Assembly (NCBI RefSeq): GCF_964355755.1
Contig: NC_092671.1
Span: 2,790,001-2,854,000 of the forward strand
Source: Antedon mediterranea
Taxonomy: Eukaryota > Animalia > Echinodermata
DNA: 64,000 bases
Direction: 5' to 3'
Numbering within the stretch: the first letter of the stretch is position 1; each line of letters starts with the position of its first letter. The position numbers and the translations under genes were made by a program. Shown piece after piece: positions 1 through 11,834 of this stretch. The notes under the pieces are model-generated. The model was not told the origin of the DNA and ran no database searches. It saw nothing but the letters and a program-made list of their open reading frames with translations.

Positions 1-7
1 AAATGTG

Positions 8-58
8 CGGATGGAGGTCAAAATAAGTTGCGGACAACTTTAAGTCGTGACCACCAGT
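8..58 (-). other. 3' UTR stem-loop of the LINE
   Basis: GGAGGTCA...TGACCACC outer stem and AAGTTG-cgga-CAACTT inner stem downstream of the ORF2 stop; CR1/L2-group elements carry 3' hairpins. Confidence 0.55.
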
Positions 59-219
59 TAAAAAAAAAAATAAAAATAATGAAGGTATACAATAGCAGTC
101 CGGTTTACATTAAAAATACAGAAGCTTAAATTGCTAAGACAATAGTACAATTACAAGATGAACAATATGATTCTATTAAGCGAAGAAGAAAGGAAACAAG
201 AAGAACAAGAACAGGAGAT

Positions 220-3200
220 TTAGCTGCCATATGCTGCGACCAAAGACTTTTTTAGGTTAAATTTGAACAAAGGTAGATTAGGAAGAGATTTTAATGAAAT
301 ACTTAATAAATTCCATAGTTTTGGACCATTATAAAAAAATCGATTTTCTTCTTAAATGAAATGTATGCTTTTCAGATAAAATATTTGTTTTAGCAAATCT
401 TGTATTGTAATTGTGAATATCAGGTTGTTGTTTAGGAAATAAAGAAATAATATGATTTGGTAAAGAGTGATTTTTTAGACGATACATAAAAATATAAGTT
501 TGTAATTTGTGTAAATCAAATACATTAAGTATATTAAATTTATTAAATAAGTTTTTGGTGTGAGCTATTCTGGTTGACCCTGCACAAATCCTGATAGCAC
601 GTTTTTGTAGTTTAAAGATGTTGTCAATATTGGTTGCTTCAGGACTCGTCCAGGGACACAAGTAAAGAAATTTATCAATTGTGGTAGCCCAAGATAAGTT
701 ACAATAATTAATATAGGGTAAAACTAAGGTGTTATATAAAGATAAAAGAATGTGCTGTGGGAGATAGTGCTTTAGTTTATTCATTATTCCAATGTTTCTA
801 GAAATTATATTTGAAATATTATTACGATGGGACTGCCAGGATAACTTTGAGTCTAGGATAACACCAAGACATTTTGTTTCATTAACTTGTTTGATTACAC
901 TATCATTAATTTTAATAACAACAGAGTCTATATTTTTTATTTTATAGTTAAAAAAAATATAGTTATTTTTATTAATATTCAAAGATAATTTATTTAAATT
1001 GAGCCAATTGGAAATCTTAACTAATTCATTATTTGTAGTTTGCACAAGTTCAGTAATATTTTTGTGTGAAAAAAAATGTTAGTGTCATCAGCAAAAATAA
1101 CAAAATTTAAGAGGGAAGAGGAATTAGGTAAGTCATTAACATAAATTAAAAAAAGTAAAGGTCCAAGTATAGAGCCTTGTGGAACACCACATGTAATTTT
1201 AGAATGAGAAGAAAAGTAGGATTTAACTGAGACAAATTGTTTACGGTTGCCAAGGTAGTTCTTAAAAAATTAAGAGCAAGGCCTCTGATACCATAGAATT
1301 CGAGTTTTCTCAAGAAAATGTCATGATCAATTGTATCAAAGGCCTTGCTAAGATCAAGAAAAATACCGATAGTAAAATAATTTTGTAAATAGCTTTAGTA
1401 ACTTGGTCATAAATATCAAAAAGTGCAAGATCAGTTGAGTATCCCTTTCTAAACCCATATTGACGATCGTGAAGAATGCTGTGTTTAGTGAGAAAATTAA
1501 ATAATCTATCATAGGTTAGCCGTTCAAGGATTTTTGAAAAACATGGTAGTAAAGAGATGGGTCTGTAGTTACTAAATGAATGAAAATCATCTTTTTTAAA
1601 GACAGGAACCACCTTGGCAATTTTAAGTAAGTCGGGGAAAATTCCTTCAGAAAAGCACAAGTTGAAAATATAAGATAATGGTTTAGAAATAAATTTGGAA
1701 ATAGCTTTAATAACCTTATTAGATATCATCATAGCCTGAACTTTTGTTAATTTTTAAATTGTTGATAATATTTTCCATTTCTTCTTCTGACGTGGGTGCA
1801 AAAAAAGGTGAGTTGAGGAAGGAAGTAAAATGCTGGTTAGTAGGTTTTTTTATTGTCTTAGAAATGTTTGGCCCGATGTTTACAAAATAGTCATTAAAAG
1901 AATTCGCAATGGTGAGTGGGTCAGTGATTATGGATCCGTTGTGTATAAAATGGGAAGGTAGTTTGTTTTTAGTATTGCGTCCTAAGACTGTATTGATGGT
2001 TTGCCAGGTCTTTTGAATATTGCCTTTAAAGGAATTGAATTTGTCATTATAATGTTTTTTACGGTTAATTTTGATTAAATGAGTCAACTTGTTTCTATAT
2101 TGTGTGTATTTGTGTCTGTCCGACTCTTTTTTGGTTTTAATAGGCCTATATTTTTTATAAAGTCTGTTTCTTTTATCAATAGATTTGATAATGCCAGTTG
2201 TAATCCAAGGTTTCTTTTTCTTCCGGATGTTTCGTTTACACCTGACTGTTTTTATGAGTATCGTATAGTTTGGAAAAAGATTTTGAAAATAAGTTATAGG
2301 CATCATTTGGACTTTTCATTTTGTAAACATCGGACCAAACGGATTCTTGAAGGTCATTTGCAAGAGAAGAAATAGCTTGATCATTTATTTTCCTGAAGCA
2401 AACGTATTTGTTATTATCATTAAGAGAAGCATGTACAGCTTCAGAATAAGTAATAGAATACACTGGAAAATGATCAGAGATGTCAGAGTAAAAAATTCCT
2501 GGAGATATTTTGTCATAAACATTGTTACAAAATATGTTGTCAATAAGTGTGGCTGTTGTAGTTGTTATTCGCGTAGGTCTGTCAATGAGGGGGTAAAAAT
2601 TAAATTTAAACATATTGCTCAAAAATTCGGATGATTGTTTATGAGTGTTTGATTTTAAAAGATCAATGTTAAAATCCCCAGTAATATATGAGATTTTATT
2701 TTCATTATTAATAATGTCTAAAAGAATGGATACGTTTGAATTGAAGGTAACTAATGATGACTCGGGTAAGCGATAAACTACACCTAAAATAATATTCCTC
2801 GCCTCGGTCTTAACTTCGATAAAAATTGATTCGGCAGATTCAGAAATAATAGAAGAAAGATCACTGCGAACAGAATATTGAAATCTTTGGTCTAAGTATA
2901 TGGCAACGCCACCCCCTGCTCTGGTTGTTCTAGAAGAATGCAATAAAGTATAACCTCGAATATTGTAAAAAGAAAAACAAGTTTTGTTATTATTAAAAAA
3001 GGTTTCAGTGAAACAGATTGCAGAAAAAGTATGTTTTAAGGTACTAATAAAGTCAGTTATATCATTAAAATGATTAACAAGGCTGCGAGAATTCATATTA
3101 AAAATGCTAAATGAGGAAGACATATTTGTGATTTTTGAATTAAAAGCATCAATAAGGTTATAATTACACGGATCATTGTTATCTAAAAGTAAAGAGTCAT

Positions 3201-3468
3201 CATTAAGTATATTGTTTAATGAAATACAAAAAGGATCTAAGGTTAAAGGCTGCAAACTGTTTAGATTAACATTGTGGTCAAAGAAGTGTTTTATTTCTTG
3301 TTTAAATGCATTGTCATCTAAAATCATATTAAATGGAAACAAAATGGTTGTGCAGTCAATGCACAGCCAGCTGTCATCATTACAACATAGATTGTGTGAA
3401 ATATTGTTGCAATTGATACATTTTTTAAAATCAGAATTAACGTTCATACAGTAGATAAAACAATTCAT
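220..3468 (-). mobile_element. CR1/L2-group (Crack/L2-like) non-LTR retrotransposon ORF2: Cys/His finger, APE endonuclease, reverse transcriptase; several frameshifts
   Basis: N-terminal CINC..HNLC..WLCIDC; endonuclease motifs NSRSL, TETF, GGGVAIY, GVVYR, GDFNIDLL, TLIDNIF, SDHFP; RT motifs [49 protein letters not shown] (~1150-1195), FADDT (~1082-1096), LGVILDSKLSW; last frame GPKLWN...AAYGS* ends at 220. Confidence 0.95.
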
Positions 3469-3784
3469 GTGGATTCAATATATGTAAATGTATAAATTAT
3501 ATATTTGTGCTTATTTGTATAAACCAAACTACTAGTGACAAGACATACATACAAATAACATAGAACAAGACATATAAACGAAATGCTTAGAACAAAAGGG
3601 CATTTAAAACATAATTGAAACATAATCAAGTCTTCTATAATATCCAAAATTAAAAAAGTACAGTATCTGATGAATCAAGTTTGTCTCAGACCAAATCAAG
3701 AATAAATTAGGCGAAAAAACTCAGATTCCGGTTTTCAGTAAATTAGTTTTCTAGCTGGGCCTGAAATGGAACAATATAGCCGCT

Positions 3785-3932
3785 TCACTTCATCAGGTCT
3801 TGAGCATGCCGAGATAGATCCGAGCGCGTACAGACGACGATTCTTTTCATAGTGTGCGTAAGTATGTGTATTTTTCCATCTTGTGTCCAGGTGGACTTGA
3901 TAGCGTCTGCATATTTGGTTTTCACCTCACCT
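3785..3932 (-). mobile_element. C-terminal remnant of ORF1 of the same CR1/L2-group LINE (5'-truncated)
   Basis: KYADAIKSTWTQDGKIHIL...IVVCTRSDL resembles the WT.DGKI C-terminal motif of CR1/L2-group ORF1; lies ~320 bp upstream of ORF2 on the same strand. Confidence 0.6.
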
Positions 3933-5694
3933 TTTAACATTTCTTTATAAAATTCAGGCATACATTTCAGTTCTACATGACTTTCAAAATTGGGTTCACT
4001 AGTATTGACAGTATAATCAAATGGATACATATAATGTTTTGGTAAATATTTCCATTTACCTGGGTCAGGGCTTAACAATCTCTTAACCCAACTAAGTTTT
4101 AACGAACTAACCATTGTGCTAAGATGTACCATATTTAGACCACCTTCTAACATTGAATTTATAGGCCTAAGGGTTTTTCTTTTTATTTTTTCTCTTTTTT
4201 TACCCCACAAAAATCTATATAATACCTTTTCTACTTTTGGGAATACATATTTAGGCACATTTATGACACTAGCATTATATACAAGTTTGGAAATTGCAAA
4301 TGTTTTTATAATAATTATTTTTAGTCGCGTGGAAGCGACTCTATAGTTCACTATGTCGGTCGGTCGGTCTGTCTGTCTGTCGGTCTGTCTGTCGGTCTGT
4401 CTGTCTGTCTGTCGGTCCGGTATCACTATGCGTTTTATCGCTTTATGACCTTATCTTGATATCAGTTTAATCTAGCTAAGTCAATTTTTCACAGAATATT
4501 CCTTATTGCCAGGAATCGATGTGGTTATGTTTTCACGGTGCGCAATAAAAAATTACGCGGTCTACGCACGATTTAACGAAATCACGTTTGTAATCATATC
4601 TTAACAACCATGAATCACAATTAAATAAAATTTGGTACTCATAAATTTCAGGGCATAAATCATCATATGGCAATACAATTACGTGCGTAGCGCATATAAC
4701 GCACGCGTACGCGCGCTTAAAATTTTCAAAATTTATTTTCGATGAAATAAGAGTACGTTTCAGGCAATTTTAAGCGTTTACAAAATTGCCATGAGTGCGC
4801 AGATTTTTGCGCGCGCACTGCGCGTTAAATGTTATTGCGCACTCATTTTGCCCGATTTCTGTTTTCTTGACTTACTTTTCAACTCGAAATTACGTTATAC
4901 GAGCACGTCAAAAGTGACAGGCTACGCACGTGTAAATTAAAAAAATATAAATATTTTTAAACATTTCAACATTTTTAAACATGTTCAGTAATTTCGGTCA
5001 GTATAGTTCACTATGTCGGTCGGTCCGTCTGTCTGTCGGTCTGTCTGTCTGTCTGTTGGTCTGTTTGTCTGTCGGTCCGGTATCACTATGCATTGTAGTA
5101 GCACGCGACTTAATGGCTGTTGGCCTTGTTCCAAAAAAAGAGAGGTTTCTTTTTTTGCCATAATTGCAATATCTGATCAAGTTTAGTGATTTTTTCATTC
5201 CAGTTCTTTTCTTAGCACACTCTTTTATTGTAGCCGACATATATCCCTAAGAATTTAACTGGATTCTTCGTCCATGTTAGATTAAAAGGTGCTGTTTCAT
5301 TATTTTTGCTGGAACAAATCCACATTCCTTTAGTTTTTTCTTTATTTAATTTTAATCCAGATATATTACAAAAAACCTCTATTTCTTTCAAAAAGTGTTT
5401 TAAACTAGTCTCTTCTTGTGTAAATAAGACGGTGTCATCTGCTAATTGACAAATGTTAACAGTACTTTCATTTACATTATCTATATTACATGGTAACATA
5501 GTGCCTTTACATAGAGGATTATCTCTTATATTATTAGCCATTATTTCAACAGCAAGTGTGAATAAAAGAGCAGACAGAGGACATCCTTGTCTTACTCCAC
5601 TTTCCATCTGAAAACTTTCAGATAGCCATCCATTATTTTCTATAATACATTCTGTTTCTGTATATAGCAATGTAATCCATTTTGTAAATGACAT
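3933..5694 (-). mobile_element. Tx1/L1-clade LINE reverse transcriptase fragment, interrupted by an insertion at 4321-5130
   Basis: SGVRQGCPLSALLF, QLADDT, ISGLKLNKEKT, VKFLGIY (5212-5694); KRNLSFFG|(K)IIIIKTFAISKLVY...FLWGKK..KIKRKTL...EGGL...LKLSWVKRLL (3933-4320). Confidence 0.9.
4321..5130 (+). mobile_element. Helentron-associated non-autonomous element (DINE-1/HINE-like)
   Basis: Inserted in a T run with no clear TSD; subterminal inverted repeats AGTCGCGTG (4323) / CACGCGACT (5102); 5' hairpin AGTCGC..GCGACT; two (GTCT/GTCG)n microsatellite blocks; 3' hairpin GGCTGTTGGCC then TTGTT. Confidence 0.8.
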
Positions 5695-5924
5695 GTTAAA
5701 AAATGTGATAACTATTAAAAACGTGTCACAACCACTGTGTAATCAAAGCGTTTATTTAGTTAAAACTTCGATCCCCCCCAAAAATTGCTAATCGCGTATT
5801 CCGGTTATCACATGATTGAGTGTTGGTTGCACACTTCTTTTTTAGACGGTGGAGGTGAAATAAATTTCGCCAATTTGGCAAATAAGACAATATATTTTCA
5901 CTATTTGGTTTCACGATTGCCGTT

Positions 5925-6018
5925 TGGCTCACAAAAATAAAATAAAAAGCCGACCTTCATTTTCGTCATTTTAGGGTCGGTCGGGCGTGGCCAACACAAT
6001 AATTTTCTCTTTGGCTTT
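5925..6018 (-). mobile_element. DNA-transposon terminus fragment (Zator-like)
   Basis: Minus strand reads AGCCAAAGAGAAAATTATTGTGTTGG..CCCGACCGACCCTA, resembling Zator-type ends as I recall them; partner end not found. Confidence 0.3.
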
Positions 6019-6566
6019 ATACTGTATAATGCAATTGTTGAACAAATAAAGGTTTTTTTAACTTTGAACTTGAATATTACATACCTGAGTAATTTTTTTA
6101 TATAAAATTTCTATAACTCTTTGAAAGAACTATTTCATTTTCTAACAGGCTTGGATAACCAACTTTCTGTTGCAATTTATGTAATATTTCTTAGTTTTTG
6201 AAAATTTAAACTACTATTGATTATAGAACGGTAATTTTGTTTATTTTCTTAATTTTGTAATTTATGTTTTTTACCACATCATCACCATCATGTTGTATAA
6301 AATACATGTTTATTTTCCTTCTATTGGTGTCTAAATTGTTTGAATCCAAGCCTAGCCATCAGCTTAAGTTTGATGGTCTGCAGCCGGTCTCGAGGTATGT
6401 ATGCCAGGCTAGTGATCTGGAGGTCATGTGTTTTTTTTGCAAATGTAATCAGAATGTATAAAGTAAAATTATGTCAGAGCAATTAAACACATGTATGTAA
6501 ACTATTTCTGTATACATACATACTGTATTCATTGTTATGATTTTATACCTCTTTAGATTTCAAGTT

Positions 6567-7725
6567 TAATATCGACCTCATCAATAATTAATTTTAATAA
6601 TCTATATCACATTGTTCGATATGATAAGTGTAGTCATAATTTGATAACTGAGCACGCATCTTTTAATATCTACCTCATCAATAATTAATATTAATAATCT
6701 ATATCACTTTGTTCGATATGATAAGTGTAGTCGTAATTTGATAACTGAGCACGCATCTTTTAGTATCCATTAATATCTACCTCATCAATAATTATTATTA
6801 AGAATATATATCACATTGTTGGATATGATCAGTGTAGTCCTAATTTGATAACTGAACACGTATCTTTTAATATCTACCTCATCAATAATTAATATTAATA
6901 ATCTATATCACTTTGTTCGATATGATCAGTGTAGTCATAATTTGATAACTGAGCACGCGCATCTTTTAATATCTATCTCATCAATAATTATTATTAATAC
7001 TCTACATCACATTGTTTGATATGATCAGTGTAGTCATAATTTGATAACTGAGCATGCCTCTTAATAATAATATCTACCTCATCAATAATTAATATTAATA
7101 ATCTATATCACATTGTTGGATATGATCAGTGTAGTCCTAATTTGATAACTGAGCACGCATCTTTTAATATCTACCTCATCAATAATTAATATTAATAATC
7201 TATATCACACTGTTGGATATGATATGTTTAGTTTTTTAATATCTACCTTATCAATAACTATTAATAATATATCTCAATGTTGGATATGATCAGTGGAGTC
7301 ATAGTTTGATAACTGAGCATTCATCTTTTAATATCTACCTTATCAATAATTATTATTAATAATCTATATCACAATATTGAATATGATCAGTGTAGTCAAA
7401 ATTTGATTACTGAGCAAGCATTTTTAATATCTACCTAAATAACTCACCAATAATATCCTATATCAGAATGTTGGATATGATCAGTGTAGTCATAGTTTTA
7501 TAACTGAGCAAACATTTTTAATATCTACCTAAATAACTAATAATATCCTATATCAGAATGTTGGATATGATCACTGTAGTCATAGTTTTATAACTGAGCA
7601 CGCATATTCTAATATCTACCTCATCAATAATTAATATTAATAGTCTATTTACCAATATCAAATATGATCAGTGTAGGCCTAGTCATTTGATAACTGAGCA
7701 TGCATCATTTTATATCTGCTTCAAA
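6567..7725 (+). repeat. Tandem array of a 97-bp unit, ~12 copies
   Basis: Unit AATATCTACCTCATCAATAATTAATATTAATAATCTATATCACATTGTTGGATATGATCAGTGTAGTCATAATTTGATAACTGAGCACGCATCTTTT. Confidence 0.97.
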
Positions 7726-7747
7726 TATTAATATTGTCTTAATATAA

Positions 7748-8200
7748 TAAAGTGGTTTGGATGTTTACATACAAAGTTTACATGGTAAAATCTGTCAATT
7801 TATCAAAAAATTGACATTTTCACTCCAAAAAAGTCAAACCTAAAGCTATTTCAATAAAATTATTTCATAAATTGTCCTCTTTTATGGTATCAACAATGAT
7901 ATAATCAATGGTAAGTGGTTTGGATGATGTTTGTGGGGTGTTTTTTTAATATTTGCAATTAAGTTTGCGCAATTTACATGGTAAAATCTGTCAATTTATC
8001 CAAAATTGACATTTTTCACTCAAAAAAATCAAACTTAGAGCTATTTCAATAAAATTATTTCATACATTTTCCTCTTTTATAGTTCTAGTAGTGGTATAAT
8101 CAATAATAAGTTGTTTGGATGATGTTTGTGGGGTTTTTGTTGAAAGTTTGCACAATTTACATGGTAAAATCTGTCAATTTATAAAAAATTGACATTTTAA
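7748..8200 (+). repeat. Degenerate ~180-200 bp tandem repeat, ~2.5 copies
   Basis: TTTACATGGTAAAATCTGTCAATTTAT..AAATTGACATTTT recurs at ~7777, ~7973 and ~8156. Confidence 0.85.
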
Positions 8201-8904
8201 AACACAAACTAGGTCAGAAGCTTATAAAAAGTGAAGGAAGTCATTATATTTCAATATTGTTTGGTCTACCCATAATTATAATTAAGATGCCTATCATAGT
8301 CAAATGGCAACAACTGATTAGCCGAGACCAATGACATTTAAAACAACTCCTACTTAAAATTCCCTACTTTTACAGTACAGCAGCTTTTTGATTGGCTGCA
8401 AGTTTAGTTTTCTGTTCGTTCATCAGAAATGGTATAAATAATTATTAATCAATAAGATTACTGGATTTCTTTAGTATTTCTGACACATTTCCAATCTTAA
8501 TTGAATTATTAATGTAATGGAAATTGGTCATAGGCCTATTATAGCAACATATCATTTCTGGAAGAGTATCATTACAGTCTGTATAGATCGATGTTAAAAC
8601 ACACGTCCTCATTTATCAAATTATTCATTTACTGCACATTTATTCTGTTAAGAATAACTGGGACCCTCAATAGAAGCAAAAGCATATCCCATGATGGCCC
8701 CTACAATACATATGATACATGAAAAGATATCAAATATTTTCATTTTTACAACGGCACACGTTCATCATAAACGATGCGTTCTTAATTAAAAATATAAATT
8801 TAAACAGCAAACGGATACAAATCAATAGGGTGATTAGGAACAAAAGAATAACATATTTTCAAAACCCATTGACTCGATCTCTCGTATACAGTAAATTTAA
8901 CAAA

Positions 8905-10263
8905 ATCACACTGATCATATCCAACATTAAGTATTAATAATTATTATTGATTAGGTAGATATTAAAAGATGCGTTATCAAACTATGACTACACTGATCCT
9001 ATTTGATATTGTGATGTAGGATATTAATATTAATTATTGATGAGGTAGATATTTTAAGATGTGTGCTCAGTTATCAAATTATGACTACACTGATCATATT
9101 TGATATTGTGATGTACGATATTAATAATAATTATTGATGAGGTAGATATTTTAAGATGTGTGCTCAGTTATCAAATTATGACTACACTGATCATATCGAA
9201 CAATGTGATATAGGATATTAATAATAATTATTGATGAGGTAGATATTTAAAGATGCGTGCTCAGTTATCAAATTATGACTACACTGATCATATCCAACAA
9301 TGTGATCTAGAGTAATAATAATTATTGATGAGGTATAGATATTAAAAGATGCGTGATCAGTTATCAAATTATGACTACACTGATCATATCGACCAATGTG
9401 ATATAGGATATTAATAATAATTATTGATGAGGTATAGATATTAAAAGATGTGTTCTCAGTTATCAAATTATGACTACACTGATCATATCCAACAATGTGA
9501 TATAAGATATTAATAATAATTATTGATGAGGTAGATATTTAAAGATGCGTGATCAGTTATCAAATTATGACTACACTGATCATATCGAAAATTTGAAATA
9601 TAGGATATTAATGATAATTATTGATGAAGTAGATATTAAAAGATGCGTGCTCAGTTATCAAATCATGACTACACTGGTCATATCCAACAGTGTGATATGA
9701 GATATTAATAATAATTATTGATGTGGTAGATATTAAAAGATGCGTGCTCAGTTATCAAATTATGAATACACTGATCATATCGAACAATGTGATATAGGAT
9801 ATTAATGATAATTATTGGTGAGGTAGATATTAAAAGATGCGTGCTCAGTTATCAAATTATGACTACACTAATCATATCCAACAATATGATATAGAGTATT
9901 AATAATAATCATTGATGAGGTAGATATTTAAAGATACGTGCTCAGTTATCAAATTATGACTACACTGATCATATTCAACAGTGTGATATAAGATATTAAT
10001 AATAATTATTGATGAGGTAGATATTAAAAGATGCGTGCTCAGTTATCAAATTATGACTACACTGATCATATCCAACAATGTGATATAAGATATTAATAAT
10101 AATTATTGATGAGGTAGATATTAAAAGATGCGTGCTCAGTTATCAAATTATGACTACACTGATCATATCCAACAATGTAATATAGGATATTAATAATAAT
10201 TATTGATGAGGTAGATATTAAAAGATGCGTGCTCAGTTATCAAATTATGACTACACTGATCAT
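8905..10263 (-). repeat. Tandem array of the same 97-bp unit in inverted orientation, ~14 copies
   Basis: Reverse complement of the 6567-7725 unit; period 97 (TACACTGATC at 9961 and 10058). Confidence 0.97.
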
Positions 10264-10264
10264 A

Positions 10265-10982
10265 GTACATTGGAGCGGTTAGTGAGATAGCTTTTGAAAA
10301 CGTTTAAGGTGGGTCCTCGGATTCCATAGTGAGACAATTTAAAAAGAATGTCAATGTTAAAGTCTCCAAGAATATAAACATTTCTATTTTCTTTTGTTAA
10401 ATTGGAAAGGACAATGTCAAGTTCAATTGAGAATTGATTGGGGTCAGAGGAGGGGGTCTATATACAGTACCCACAATAATGTTTTTGTGATGAGGCCGTT
10501 TAATTTCAATAAAGATGGATTCGCAGTTTGAAGGGTGTGGGTGCAGGTCACTTCTAATGGAGAATTGTAGAGTATCATGGATATACATGGCAACTCCTCC
10601 ACCGTCTTTATGGGTTCTGTGGATAGAGACAAAATTATAATTTGAGCCAAGTTTCACTTACTCCAATAATATCGAATGGCAGATTAATGGATGATAGGAG
10701 TTGTTTAATTTCATCAATGTGCTTGAGGATGCTTCTAGAGTTGAAATGAATACTGGAGAAGCAATCAGAAAGTGAGTCAACAGGAAATTCATTAGGATCA
10801 TAATATTGAGAGGGACTGTGGTTGCTGTTGGTGAAATTAGAGTCGGGATCAATGTTAGATGTAGAATTGCCAAGGTTCCTGTTAATGTCACGGTTGTCTG
10901 AATAGCTTGGAAAGGGGGAGAAGTTTAAGGTTGATAATCGATCGTGGTTGGATGTTCCGTCATCTGCGTTAAGGTTGTACAT
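10265..10982 (-). mobile_element. Second CR1/L2-group LINE ORF2 fragment: endonuclease fused to a short RT piece, frameshifted
   Basis: NIDPDSN, HFNSRSI, IIGVSETWL, GGGVAMY, VGTVYRPP, GDFNIDIL, then directly FKLSHYGIRGPTLNVFKSYLTNR. Confidence 0.9.
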
Positions 10983-11765
10983 CTAGTAAAAATGAAAAAA
11001 TAAAAGAGAAATATGTTCAGTGAAAATACTAGTTAATATGTAATTTAAAATATAACTAAGTAAAAAGCCAGATCAACCGGAGAAAGTGCTCAATACTATG
11101 GGTAGAGCTTAATACAATAAAATAAAAACTATGAACTTGGTACTTACTTCATGGTGCTTAATTACGGTATTACTACACATTTGTTTCATATGACCAGCAA
11201 AGCTGGCCACACTCATCAGGCAATGTACAAAGCATGAATAATAATATATGCATAATATATATATAAATATATATACGCTGTATAATATAAAAAAATAAAT
11301 AAATATGAAAATGACTATTGGAAAAAAGAAAAAATTAACAATGCAAAAAAACAAGACTGTCGAAATAAGGTGAGTTTAACAGAATTCCGGCAAGGAACTA
11401 AATATTGCAAAACAACAAAGGAATATTGAGGTATAAACAATTATGAAAAATACATGAATACGGCAATCAAGCACTTAAACACTTGGATGATAATAGGGTT
11501 CAAAGCAATGACATATGGCAATGTAATCTGATCATTTAGAGATTTTTATACTGAGAAACAATTTAAGATCAAAACTAAGATAAAAATAAGATATAACACA
11601 CAAACACACATACACAAACACGCATCCACTCACACGCACGCACAAACGAAAAAAATTCAGACCCAAACGGAAATATAAAAGCATACAATTACGTTACGTC
11701 GATAAAGGTCAACTTAGAACTAAGCAAATTAAGTAAGAACTTACTATTTTATTTTATAGGTTCCT

Positions 11766-11768
<3 letters not shown>

Positions 11769-11797
<29 letters not shown>
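11769..11797 (+). repeat. (TC)n microsatellite in the presumed 5' UTR of the BBOX-like gene
   Basis: Read directly. Confidence 0.9.
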
Positions 11798-11800
<3 letters not shown>

Positions 11801-11834
11801 AGCCATATTGACGTGTATTACGACAGTCAGCAAC

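Noticed and set aside
220-3468. Active LINE, or frameshifts due only to homopolymer sequencing error
   Set aside because: Several breaks are small deletions outside homopolymers and ORF1 is truncated.
6567-10263. CRISPR-like regular repeats
   Set aside because: Head-to-tail units with no unique spacers, no cas genes, eukaryotic context.
11360-11380. AG|GTGAGT donor as a LINE-derived first exon of the BBOX-like gene
   Set aside because: A single motif with no transcript evidence; could be chance.
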